Source: an uncultured bacterium | Lineage (GTDB): Bacteria; Zixibacteria; MSB-5A5; CAIYYT01 | Assembly (NCBI GenBank): GCA_963726455.1 | Contig: CAVSCK010000003.1 | Span: forward strand, 64,001-128,000 | Length of the DNA: 64,000 nt | Direction of reading: 5' to 3' | Part shown: in pieces, positions 20,033 through 30,033 of the stretch | Layout of the letters: each line of letters opens with the position of its first letter | How positions within the stretch are numbered: the stretch's first letter is position 1 | Notes under the pieces: generated by a model | Told to the model about the DNA's origin: nothing | The model's database searches: none | What the model saw: only the letters and a program-made list of their open reading frames with translations | Position numbers and translations under genes: made by a program

Positions 20033-20845
20033 TCAGTACTTGGTAATGTCGACGCGCATAACACCGCGGACGGTATCGCCGAGAAAATTGCGGGCGATTT
20101 GCGCAAATTGTTCCGGCAGGTCGGAGACATAGAATTTGCGTTCGCCTTCAGTGCGTTTCGGGTTGAGCGAGTCGTTCTTGAGCAAATGCTGATAGACGAC
20201 ACGGGCGGTTTCATCGGCGGAATCGATCAGGCAAACTTTGTCGCCAAGGACTTTCTTGATTACTGGCTTGAGCAACGGATAGTGCGTACAGCCAAGGATG
20301 AGCGTGTCGACGCCGTTGTTCTTGAAGGGGCTGAGGTAGTCCTCGGCAACAAGATACGTAGCGTCCTTATCGAGGTAGCCCTCCTCAACCAGCGGCACGA
20401 ACAGCGGACAGGCCATGCTGAAGACCTTGATGCCGGAATCGATGGCTTCAATGGCCTTGGCGTAGGCATTGGAATGAATCGTGCCGGTCGTGCCGATGAC
20501 ACCGATCTTGCCGTTACGGGTGGCTTGGACGGCACTGACGGCGCCCGGCTCGATGACGCCCAGGATAGTCAGGGAATATTCTTTCTTCAGCGACTCCAGG
20601 GCGATCGAAGACGCAGTGTTACAGGCGGCGACTACGATCTTGACATCCTGTTCGATCAGGAAATTCGTATCCTGCCGGGAGAATTGAATGATGATTTCCT
20701 TGGAACGCGGACCGTAAGGATAGCGGCCGACATCTCCAAAATAGACGACATCCTCCGAAGGCAGCAGCCGGAAGATTTCGCGCGCGACGGTCAGCCCGCC
20801 GAGTCCTGAATCGAAAACTCCAATAGGTCTATTGCGATCCGTCAT
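20033..20845 (-). CDS. murI: Glutamate racemase
   Basis: IGVFDSGLGGLTV, PYG, ACNTAS, LILGCTHYP. Confidence 0.97.
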   Translation of the reverse strand: MTDRNRPIGVFDSGLGGLTVAREIFRLLPSEDVVYFGDVGRYPYGPRSKEIIIQFSRQDTNFLIEQDVKIVVAACNTASSIALESLKKEYSLTILGVIEPGAVSAVQATRNGKIGVIGTTGTIHSNAYAKAIEAIDSGIKVFSMACPLFVPLVEEGYLDKDATYLVAEDYLSPFKNNGVDTLILGCTHYPLLKPVIKKVLGDKVCLIDSADETARVVYQHLLKNDSLNPKRTEGERKFYVSDLPEQFAQIARNFLGDTVRGVMRVDITKY

Positions 20846-22325
20846 TCCCTTTTTTCTCCTTGTCGTAGCGGTCGGCGAACTTAACGATGCCGTTGTAAAT
20901 GGCCTCGGCGGCGGCCTGACGGAAATCCTCCTGCGCGAGCAGGCGGCTTTCAATCTTGTTGGAAATGAATGCCACTTCAACAAGCGCGGAAGGCATTTGC
21001 ACCTTGTTCAGAACGGCGAACCCGGCCTGATCGATACCGCGTGATTTGACATTAAGATCGGCAGCCAGTTCCTGCTGGATACTTTCCGCCAGTTGCCGTG
21101 ACTGGGTCAGGTATTCGGTTTGCAGGACATCCATGATAATGAAATCGAGATCTTTCTTATTGCGGTCGGTGGCGTCCGGCGCCTCGACCTTGAAGTCTTT
21201 GTTCTCCAGAAGTTCGGTGATGCGGGCATCATCGTTTTTGGCGGGAGACAGGAAGAAGGTCTGCGAACCGGTAGCGTTTTTCAGTTCGGACGAGTTCGCA
21301 TGGATCGAAACGAGCAGATCGCCGCGGGCAACATTGGCGGCCTGGGCACGCTCATCGAGCGATACGGTCTTGTCCTCGCGGCGTGTCAGCACGGGAGTAA
21401 AGCGCTTGCTCTTTTCGAGCAGAGCTTCCAGACGCAGAGCGATGTCGAGTACGACGTCTTTTTCTTTGAGGTTATTCTTGCCGACGGCGCCGTCGAAGTC
21501 ACCTCCGTGGCCTGGGTCAACAACGATGATACTAATGGGCCGGGATTCGTCATGGCGTAACAGAGCCGCTGAATCGCCGGGCTGCGGGACATACTGCGTG
21601 TTTTCGATGGAAATCTGAATTCGGTTTGGCGACGGGGCGTAGTTGTCGTGAAATTCGATGATGTTCTCGCGCACTTGGACCGACACCTGCGCCGAGTTTT
21701 CGAACTGGAAGGCGCGGATATTGATGATCTTTTCGTTGGGGTTCTTGCGGGTCAGACGCGGAACATCAACGCGCCCGCCGTGGATGGTGACATTGACCCA
21801 GTTGCCCTCACTGACGAAGACCTCATATTCCAGCTTCTTGGTGAGCATGATCTCCAACAGATCGCCGTTGACCTTGGTCTGGAAGTTGACGCCGGAGACG
21901 TTGAAGCCCTCTTTGACGGCAGAGATGATTTTGTCGCCTTCATCATAGACAAGCACGCGCTGGAACACGTCGGACAACAGGAAAAGAGTCTGCTGCAAAG
22001 GCACAAACATCTCGCCCTCACGCATGGTCGGGGGATTTACGAGATTGTAGGCGTTCCCATTGATCTGACAGAATTGTTCGCCGGATTTGAAGGTCAAGTC
22101 TTTGTGGTTGATGTCAACGTCAAGCTGGCGATTGCCCTGTTTCCAGTTGACCTTGGCTTCCATGGCCGAGAACAGGTCGGAGGCAGAGACAAAGTCGATC
22201 TTGTCAATTGTGACATGGCGGATTGGCAGGCCCTTTCCGATGCCTTTGAGCGTGATGGTGTCAGCGGACAGCCCCGCGGACATCATTATAATGAGGAGAG
22301 GAAATATCAACAACCGTCGCATCAT
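20829..22325 (-). CDS. N-acetylmuramoyl-L-alanine amidase (Amidase_3), with signal peptide and N-terminal domains
   Basis: DPGHGG, EK, SIHANS, LVEVAFISN. Confidence 0.93.
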   Translation of the reverse strand: MMRRLLIFPLLIIMMSAGLSADTITLKGIGKGLPIRHVTIDKIDFVSASDLFSAMEAKVNWKQGNRQLDVDINHKDLTFKSGEQFCQINGNAYNLVNPPTMREGEMFVPLQQTLFLLSDVFQRVLVYDEGDKIISAVKEGFNVSGVNFQTKVNGDLLEIMLTKKLEYEVFVSEGNWVNVTIHGGRVDVPRLTRKNPNEKIINIRAFQFENSAQVSVQVRENIIEFHDNYAPSPNRIQISIENTQYVPQPGDSAALLRHDESRPISIIVVDPGHGGDFDGAVGKNNLKEKDVVLDIALRLEALLEKSKRFTPVLTRREDKTVSLDERAQAANVARGDLLVSIHANSSELKNATGSQTFFLSPAKNDDARITELLENKDFKVEAPDATDRNKKDLDFIIMDVLQTEYLTQSRQLAESIQQELAADLNVKSRGIDQAGFAVLNKVQMPSALVEVAFISNKIESRLLAQEDFRQAAAEAIYNGIVKFADRYDKEKKGNDGSQ

Positions 22326-22341
22326 GCAGTTATACCCTATG

Positions 22342-22806
22342 TTACTTACGGCGTTCCTTGAGCCGGCGATCAAGTTCGCGACGAACGTCGCGTTCGATGA
22401 TCGCTTCGCGTTTGTCATAGCTTTTCTTTCCGCGCACCAGGCCCAGTTCAAGTTTGGCGACTTTGCCCTTGAAGTAAATCTTCAAAGGCACGAGTGTCAG
22501 GCCGCGTTCGACGGCGCGGGCGTAAAGCTTGCGCAGTTCGCGCTTGTGCATCAAGAGTTTGCGGACACGGTTGGGTTCGTGGTTGTGGACATTGCCCAGA
22601 TCGTAAGGCGAGATATGGAAGTTGTGCAGAAAGAGCTCGCCATGGTCGATCACGGCGTAGCTGTCCTGCATTTGCGCCTTGCCCAGCCGCAGTGATTTGA
22701 CCTCGGTGCCGACGAGCACGATACCGACCTCGTAGGTATCAAGCACTTCGTATTCATGCCGCGCTTTGCGGTTCTGAGCGATGATTTTGAACTCAGGTGT
22801 GTCCAT
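22342..22806 (-). CDS. smpB: SsrA-binding protein
   Basis: NRKARHEY, LVGTEVKSLR, RKLLMHKRE, GKKSYDKR. Confidence 0.98.
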   Translation of the reverse strand: MDTPEFKIIAQNRKARHEYEVLDTYEVGIVLVGTEVKSLRLGKAQMQDSYAVIDHGELFLHNFHISPYDLGNVHNHEPNRVRKLLMHKRELRKLYARAVERGLTLVPLKIYFKGKVAKLELGLVRGKKSYDKREAIIERDVRRELDRRLKERRK

Positions 22807-22812
22807 GGCTCG

Positions 22813-22841
22813 ATGATACAATACGTAGTGACAATCTGCAA
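22813..22841 (-). promoter_or_regulatory. sigma70 promoter TTGCAG-N17-TATCAT, 6 nt before the smpB ATG
   Basis: Hexamers at 22836-22841 and 22813-22818; no SD before the ATG. Confidence 0.55.
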
Positions 22842-22971
22842 TTGCTTTTGGTAAACGTGTCAACTGCGCGTGAGTTGTTAGGGTTCATAAGTTTAGCTTG
22901 ACGCAGCGTGGTCAGGAGGTTATCGTTCGGCGATTTGATATCCGCGCCTCGGGCGCGTCTTTATTTACAGA

Positions 22972-25900
22972 ATGAAAAAAACAGCTATCGCACTCTTCAT
23001 TGGCATGCTCCTCGTGTCGGCGGTCGCGGCCCGGGGCGGATCGATTAACGGCTACGCCTACGACAAATTTACGGATCAGCCGCTGAACAACGCCAAGGTC
23101 GTCGTTACCGGTACCAAGCTCCAAACGACCACGGATTCGACAGGCAATTTTCGGTTTCCGGAAATAGATGGTGGAATTTACGATCTGGAAATTTCGCTGG
23201 ATAATTATCACGAAGGTTTTCTCAAGCGCATCAGGGTGGGCACGCGACAGGATTTATCGGTTGAAGTCCGTTTGAAACCGATCACGGTCGAGGATCGCGC
23301 CAAGGGTCCGAAGGCGTTATTCCGCTATGGGAAGGTGACTGGAACGATTACCAACAAGACGACCGGTGCGGAACTTCCCGGGGCTTCAATCAAGATAGTT
23401 GAGTTGGCCACTGGCACCGTGTCACGAGTGGACGGTGGTTACAGCTTGCTGCAGATCAAGCCGGGCAGATATACTCTCGAGATATCATTGATCGGATACA
23501 TTCAAGTGAAGAATTATGGCGTTGAAGTGTATGCCGGCGATGAGTTGAAAATGGATTTCAAGCTTGAGGAAACAGTGCTTCCGCTCGGAAGCAAAGTGAT
23601 AGTTTACGGGGAAAGACCACTGATGGATCCGATGACACCGGCGGCGGTACGCTCGATCGAGCCACAGGACATCAAGCTGGGCGGTACGCGGGATTTAGGC
23701 GAAATCCTTAAGGAATTGCCGGGTGTCGTGGAGATTGACAAGGAACTGCATATTCGCGGTGGACGGACGTACGAGACGCAATACATGGTCGACGGCGTAC
23801 CGATCACTGATCCATTGATCAGGCGCGGCTATGGGTTGTCGCTTAAACGCCAATTCGATTCAGGAACTGAATCTGTACACCGGCGGCGCGGATGCTGAAT
23901 TTGCGCAGGCAACCAGCGGCGTGGTTGAAATCGCGACGAAAGAAGGACAGGAAAAATACGCAGGCGCGCTCAACTATAAGCAGGATCACTTCATGGGCGG
24001 GTCGGGTTTCAATACCGATCTGGTGGAAGCAACGTTGTCCGGGCCGGAGAAATTCACCACGGGACTCGCAAGGAAACTGGGACTGCCCGGCGAAACGTAT
24101 TTCTTCTGGGCGGGAAATTTCTCACTGAGCGACACCTACCTCCCCTATTCGCGCGATTTGTATTCATCGACATTCGGTGGGAGATCATGGTCGCCAAGAT
24201 CTGACAACCAGTATTCGACTATCCTGAAGCTATCATGGAAGCTGTCGCCACTGGTCAAAATTTCACTGTCGCATTCAGCGGCGGCCAATGTGAATCAGGA
24301 TCGCAGCATTCTGGACACGCGCGTGCGGACGATTGATTATTCCTATGGATATCCGTTCGAGTACAGCAAGATCCTGAACAGCTACAACACTTTCACGCAG
24401 CAATCAAACCAGCAGACAATGATTGTGGATTACAAGTTGTCGCCGGAGAAGCAACTGCATCTGACGGCATCGCGGTTCTTCACGACGTTACATTCCGACG
24501 TCAACGGCAAGAACTGGAAGAATTACGTCCAGCCACAGGACAACTATCCTGACACCACCATTATGGCTCCTGATAGCTCGTATTTCACGATTGTCAAAGG
24601 CGACGGGTTTTTCGACAGTGGGGACGGTGACAGTTGGTACGATCACTACATCGAGAACTACAGCGTCAAGACCACCTACGAAACCCAGGTCGAGCAAAAC
24701 TATTCGGTTAAGGTTGGCGCGGAATCGGAATTCCAGACCGTGCAGGTGCTCGATATTTATAAGCCGTGGCTCGGAGCATCGGGTTTTGGGCTGAATTATG
24801 ATGCCTACCAAGCCAAGCCGTCGACGCACGGCGTATTCGTGCAAAATCATCTGAACCTCCAGGGAATGGTCTTTGATTTCGGACTGCGCTATGACTTATG
24901 GTTTGCGGGCAAGTACGCCGAGGATGCGCTGAACAATGACAGCATCTCGCCGTTAAGTGCAGCATTGCGGAGCAAGTACAACGGCGAAACGACGCAATTG
25001 TTTGGTCGACGGGCACGGGGAATTATCTCGCCGCGTTTCGGTGTGGCCAATATGATCAGCCGCGAGTTAACGTTGTTTGCATCGTATTCAAGATTCGCCC
25101 ACGAACCATCGCCACAGTATGTCTATGCGAAACTGTACACGCCCTCAAGCGCGGCCTACCAGTTGTTCGGCAATCCGGCATTGGACTTCGAAAAAGTGAC
25201 TAATATGGAAGCGGGTGTGAAGTGGATGCCGCGTCCGCAAACGGCATTGGGAATATCGGGATATATCAAATACATTCAGGATTACATCGCCGCGACGGCG
25301 GTATCTCCTGATCCGCGCTTTCCGAGCGAAACCTATTTCATGTATTTCAACTTGGATTACGCCACCAGCCAGGGCGTGGAATTGGAATTTATCCGCAAGG
25401 CGAGCGATATCCTGACGTTGTCGGCCAACGCGTCATTCAGTAAGGCGCGCGGTGAGAGGTCATTGCCGGCGGACATTTTGCGAGGACTAAAGACGCGGTC
25501 GGAAGGCCAGATCTATAGCGACGTCGCGTTCGATTGGGACAAGCCGTGGCAGTTCGTGGTAAAGACTAATTTCACGATCCCGGCGGACAAGAATCCGAAG
25601 TTTTTGGGCGTGCCGCTGCCGCGAGACTGCAATTTCAATTTCAAGTTCTGGGGACAGGCGGGCAAACGCTACACTCCGTACAAGCAGACGACCGACAATC
25701 TGGGGTTTACAGTATTCGTGCCGACCGGTTCGACGAATTCGAAGCTGGGGCCATGGTGGAATTCGCTGGATATGTCCTTCCAGAAATATTTCCATCTTGG
25801 GAAGAATACGCTGACAGTATTCTTCGAGGGCACGAACCTGCTCGATCATAAGAATGTCACGCTGATCAATCCTCTGACAGGTAAAGCATATATGCAGGGC

Positions 25901-26029
25901 GACGTGATTCCGACGGGCGGCAATTTGTTCGAACTGCTGCCGTTGTCGTACAACCTGCCGCTGTGGGACAATCCGACGAAGTACCTGGCGCCGCGTCAAT
26001 TGAAGCTGGGACTGGGGGTAAGTTTCTGA
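22972..26029 (+). CDS. TonB-dependent receptor with two N-terminal carboxypeptidase-regulatory-like domains, frameshift near 23850
   Basis: Signal peptide, plug motifs (LPGV..HIRGGR..VDGVPITDP; GGADAEF..SGVV) and a barrel ending in LGVSF. An extra A in cttaaacgcc joins the two ORFs. Confidence 0.9.
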
Positions 26030-27141
26030 TGCGAGTGGTTGCAGCAATCTTCGGCGCAGTGGTGGTAATCGGCATTCTGATGGCAGTCGGTTGCGGCGAC
26101 AAAGTGACCTTGCCGAACGATCTGCCCAAGCCGAACTATCACGGCGGTGGAATTGATACATCCTACGTGCAGGTGAATCCGGTCTGGACCGAAGCGGGCG
26201 GAATTGCATTCAACAAGCCATACGACGTGTATATCGGATACGACCAGTTGATATATATATGCGACACCAAGAACAACCGGGTTGTGAAAATGTCGCCTGA
26301 CGGGACATTTCTGGGATCGGATTCAGCGACAAATCCGGTGGCGATAACGCAGGATCGCGGGCTGGATTTGCTGGTAGTTGCCGGGGATTTCCAGACTTTC
26401 ACGCGCATCGACAGCACGCACGTCGATACGACGACTTATGGCAATGCGGTCTATCGCAAACGCTATTTCGGCGGCCAGGGATTTCAGAAAGTGTTTCAAG
26501 CAGACTCCCCCTATTTTCGTTGGTATGACCAGGTGCAGCATATCTATCGGTTTGAGGAAGCCGCCTTCTACGGCATCGCCGCCTCAACCGGAATTGACAA
26601 AGAATACTTTGTGGCTGACTTCTGGAAAGGACGCATTGTCAGGTTCAACAGCGAGGATCGGGCGATACCGCCGGATCTGATCACCGAGGGGATTGAAGTA
26701 GGCAAGACAAAGTATCCGATGGATTTGTTCTATTACCAAATCGCCGGACAGGGATATCTGGCCTTTGCGCAGGGAGCGCCGAACCTGGGCGTACAGGTGA
26801 TCAGTCCGGTGAACGGAGCACCATACTTTACCAACACCGGGGAGGGGTTGCCACCGTTGGTGCGAATATCATCCGACGATGCAAAACAGGTTGTGGTTGA
26901 TGAGCTATCGAATTTCTACGTGTTGCTGTCGGCGCCCAATCCGAATCTGGGAGCACATCATTTCTTCCTCAAATTCGACCGCTACGGCCAACCACTGCTG
27001 GAGTTCGGGACGTTGGGAAGCGGTGAGCGGCAGTTCCGCAATCCGCGTGGCATGGCCTATCACAAGGGAATCATTTACATTGCCGACACGGGCAATAATC
27101 GGATCATTCGCTATCAGTTGGCAACAGATGTCCAGCAATAG
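26029..27141 (+). CDS. NHL-repeat beta-propeller lipoprotein
   Basis: Lipobox LMAVGC; NHL motifs FNKPYDV..IYICDTKNNRV and FRNPRG..IYIADTGNNRI; TGATG overlap with the receptor stop. Confidence 0.8.
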   Translation: MRVVAAIFGAVVVIGILMAVGCGDKVTLPNDLPKPNYHGGGIDTSYVQVNPVWTEAGGIAFNKPYDVYIGYDQLIYICDTKNNRVVKMSPDGTFLGSDSATNPVAITQDRGLDLLVVAGDFQTFTRIDSTHVDTTTYGNAVYRKRYFGGQGFQKVFQADSPYFRWYDQVQHIYRFEEAAFYGIAASTGIDKEYFVADFWKGRIVRFNSEDRAIPPDLITEGIEVGKTKYPMDLFYYQIAGQGYLAFAQGAPNLGVQVISPVNGAPYFTNTGEGLPPLVRISSDDAKQVVVDELSNFYVLLSAPNPNLGAHHFFLKFDRYGQPLLEFGTLGSGERQFRNPRGMAYHKGIIYIADTGNNRIIRYQLATDVQQ

Positions 27142-27163
27142 CTGGAAGACGGTTATTTTCTGC

Positions 27164-27191
27164 TTGCGTTGGCGACAGCCACAAATATCTT
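27164..27191 (+). promoter_or_regulatory. Putative tRNA promoter TTGCGT-N16-TATCTT
   Basis: Hexamers about 50 bp upstream of the tRNA. Confidence 0.45.
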
Positions 27192-27242
27192 AAGAAGCCG
27201 AGTGACAGCGGAATCGTTAGATAGCCGAGGTCACTGATTGCT

Positions 27243-27326
27243 GCCGAAGTGGTGGAACTGGTAGACGCGCTGCGTTCAGGGCGCAGTGTCCGTACGGACG
27301 TGGGGGTTCAAATCCCCCCTTCGGCA
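27243..27326 (+). tRNA. tRNA-Leu(CAG)
   Basis: Acceptor stem GCCGAAG/CTTCGGC, D-loop TGGTAGAC, anticodon arm CTGCG-TTCAGGG-CGCAG, long variable arm, T-loop GTTCAAATC. CCA is not encoded. Confidence 0.96.
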
Positions 27327-27374
27327 CTTTAATTTACTCCCTCGATTGACGAAAATTTCCCAGCAAGCGCCCAT

Positions 27375-28412
27375 CTACGATTCGGCGTCACCGTGATTAC
27401 GATTGTTGCGGCGCAGCGGCGTGAACATGGCAGCCCACGAACCAAGCCCGTAACAGAAGTGCAAGGACGGAAACCAGAATATCATCGGAAGTATTTGCCA
27501 GTACATCCGGCGTCTGAGACCGGCGACAACTGAGGCGATTACGTCCGTTAGGAGATAGAGTCCAGCTACGGCGATCAGAGCAATCAACGCGGGTGGAATG
27601 AATAGTGAAATTACGGCCAAAGAGACCAACAGCAGAACGAATAGCAGCGGTGTGAAGTGGCGGAGATTGAGGCCGCGCCGTCCCATCTTGGTCAGCATCA
27701 CGTTCCAGAATCCGTTTGTCCATGCCTGTTTGAGCAGCCCGGTGAATGTTTCGCGGCACAGATAGACGGGCTGTATGCTTGCGTCCATGTATGATCGCAG
27801 ACCCTGTTGGTTCATGCGTTCATGAAGGTCATTATCCTGATTCCGGGGCAAGGATTCATCGAAACCACCCGCGGCGAGAATCGCATCTTTACGGTACAGA
27901 GCCATGGTGACAGCGGGCACCCAGCCAGACTCACCGCCGATTCGATGGCGGGCATTGCCGACACCAAAGGGGCTGGAAAGAATCGTGGCGTTGATCTTGC
28001 CGACGCTTGAGTATGCCGCAGTCTCCAGCACGCCACCGACAGCCGCAGCATTGGTTTCGCGCATGACCGCAACACACTTGCGCAGGTGATCGGGTTTAAG
28101 AAGCGTGTGTCCTGAAGTCCAGAGAATCAACTCGAATCTGGCTTGCGACACGCCCAGATTCATTCCTGATGACACCAGGACGCCCGGATTCTGCAGGCAG
28201 CGTATCCGCGCATCACTTTTTGACAGACTGTGAATGATCGTGGGCGTCTCGTCCGTTGACATACCGTCGACGAGGATGATCTCAGTTCTGTCATGCGGGT
28301 AGTCGAGATTGATGATCGCATCCAAGGTACGCGCAAGCTGTTCGGCTTCGTTGCGAACGGCTAAGATTATGGAGATGCCGGGAAGTTCGCTATCTGGGAT
28401 TGACATCGGCAC
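27375..28412 (-). CDS. GT2 glycosyltransferase (ExoA-like)
   Basis: ISIILAVRNE, VDGMSTD, GGFDE..RNQD motifs and C-terminal TMs. Confidence 0.88.
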   Translation of the reverse strand: MPMSIPDSELPGISIILAVRNEAEQLARTLDAIINLDYPHDRTEIILVDGMSTDETPTIIHSLSKSDARIRCLQNPGVLVSSGMNLGVSQARFELILWTSGHTLLKPDHLRKCVAVMRETNAAAVGGVLETAAYSSVGKINATILSSPFGVGNARHRIGGESGWVPAVTMALYRKDAILAAGGFDESLPRNQDNDLHERMNQQGLRSYMDASIQPVYLCRETFTGLLKQAWTNGFWNVMLTKMGRRGLNLRHFTPLLFVLLLVSLAVISLFIPPALIALIAVAGLYLLTDVIASVVAGLRRRMYWQILPMIFWFPSLHFCYGLGSWAAMFTPLRRNNRNHGDAES

Positions 28413-28417
28413 GGCTG

Positions 28418-29095
28418 TTATTTGTAGAATCTGGCAACGTAGTCCATGCCAGAACCCTTAATCTTGACGATTTCGCATCTGGCGAATCCAGCTTCCGTGG
28501 CAAGAGTCTGGAGCCGGCGTTCGTCATAGAAATAGACGGGACAGTTCTTGAGAAGATACCGAAATTTCCGAATCGGGGTGCGATACCACGAACGGCTCGG
28601 AAATGAGGCAATACACGAATGTTTACTGAGACGATGGAACTTGCGCAAGCAGGCAGCAGGGTCAGGCGTGTAGTCAAAGAAGCCCATCGCGACCACAACG
28701 TCGAAAGTTTCCGAGGTGTCGTACTCGTTGATGTCGGACTGTACAAATTCGAATGTGGTGCCACCGCCGGAGATTTGTGCTACATGCTGACGCGCCAGAT
28801 CAAGCATCGTACTGCTGATGTCGAGGCCGAGCACGCGCTTTACGGCAGCATCAATGTACCCCTGCGCATAGCGTGCGCCGCCGATGCCGATATCCAGCAC
28901 GCTGGAAGCGGATGACTCGCGCAGGTGATTCATGGTCAGGCGATACCTTTCGTAAATGTCGCGGCGGAAATGCTGGTTGAGAAAGTGCTGCCACGAGCTG
29001 ACGTTTTCGGTGGAATAGAGGGAATCGAATATTTCGCCGGATCTATCAAAATAGGCGGCAGCGCGCTGGTGGTCGGCCGAAGGATTCCTGTTCAT
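28418..29095 (-). CDS. Class I SAM-dependent methyltransferase
   Basis: VLDIGIGGA, GLDISSTM, FDVVVAMGFFDY. Confidence 0.85.
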   Translation of the reverse strand: MNRNPSADHQRAAAYFDRSGEIFDSLYSTENVSSWQHFLNQHFRRDIYERYRLTMNHLRESSASSVLDIGIGGARYAQGYIDAAVKRVLGLDISSTMLDLARQHVAQISGGGTTFEFVQSDINEYDTSETFDVVVAMGFFDYTPDPAACLRKFHRLSKHSCIASFPSRSWYRTPIRKFRYLLKNCPVYFYDERRLQTLATEAGFARCEIVKIKGSGMDYVARFYK

Positions 29096-29096
29096 T

Positions 29097-30017
29097 TCAG
29101 GCGCCACTCCCCTGCCCTTGCAGTATGGATGCGGCCGTCGTGAATTTGAAACCACGCGCGAAGTGCTTCAGGCGATTGTCGCCATGAGAAATGTGGTAGT
29201 AGTGGCGGAAACGCCTCGCAGCAGTCATTCCGCCGATCCGGGGAGCCAGTGGTCCGATTTCGTAGGGATGCATGTAGAGCATGCAGGATTGCCTTCGTCG
29301 GCCCGCCCGTTTCAGGAGATAACGCGTGAGCCAGATTGGATAAAGCCGCATATAACCACCACCGCCAAAAGGTATGCGTTTGCCAAGGCAACGGAAAGTG
29401 GAAATCGGAAATTCGTAAAGACCATTGGGAAGCCGGTGAATCGCCGGGGAAATCCCGCTGATTCCGTAAACGTCATGGATGTCGGTCGGAACCAGCGAGG
29501 AATCGTACGTGAACCCGGCTTCGAGGAGAGTGTCAAGCGCCCAACGATTGTCTTCGCGAATGGAAAAATCAGGGGCGCGGAAACCGATTACTCGCTGTCC
29601 GGAGATGTCTTCGAGCAGCTTCTTGGAGCGCAAAACATCCTGCCTGAACTCAGCGGCGGACTGATTGAATATGCGCTTGTGCTGGAAACTGTGCGATGCG
29701 AGTTCGTGGCCGTGGTCGGCTATTTGTCTAATGACGTTGGGTAGATGCTCAGCAATGCGCCCGAGAACGAAGAAAGTTGCCTTGACGCCCAACGAGTCGA
29801 ACAGAGCGAGCGTCGTTTCCATATTGCCGGTTATTTCGCGATCCTCTGCGTCCGAATCGAAGTACTTTGGCGGAATCGGGAAGCTTTCTACCATGCTTTC
29901 GACAAACCCCTCGACGTCGATCGACAGACAGTGAGCAACAGTTTGACTTGCGCCAGGTAATGACACTGAATGGTTATCCACGCAAATTGCCCACGGTGCA
30001 ACGGAGCGTCCAGACAC
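29097..30017 (-). CDS. Polysaccharide deacetylase (PEP-CTERM-locus/DUF3473 type)
   Basis: SIDVE, ATFFVLG, GHELASH, GFRAPDFS, YDSS, PFGGGGY.R, YMHPYE. Confidence 0.9.
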   Translation of the reverse strand: MSGRSVAPWAICVDNHSVSLPGASQTVAHCLSIDVEGFVESMVESFPIPPKYFDSDAEDREITGNMETTLALFDSLGVKATFFVLGRIAEHLPNVIRQIADHGHELASHSFQHKRIFNQSAAEFRQDVLRSKKLLEDISGQRVIGFRAPDFSIREDNRWALDTLLEAGFTYDSSLVPTDIHDVYGISGISPAIHRLPNGLYEFPISTFRCLGKRIPFGGGGYMRLYPIWLTRYLLKRAGRRRQSCMLYMHPYEIGPLAPRIGGMTAARRFRHYYHISHGDNRLKHFARGFKFTTAASILQGQGSGA

Positions 30018-30033
30018 GGAGACTGCGACACAT

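Noticed and set aside
19285-22695. Long plus-strand ORFs (e.g. 19613..20809, 21648..22361)
   Set aside because: Antisense shadows of rdgB, murI, the amidase and smpB, expected from GC-rich codon usage. The same applies to 12712..13530, 30139..31002, 41234..42133 and 57857..58576.
22807-22971. tmRNA (ssrA) next to smpB
   Set aside because: The gap is too short and lacks tRNA-Ala-like ends.
27243-30017. Genomic island integrated at tRNA-Leu
   Set aside because: No integrase and no duplicated tRNA 3' end was found.
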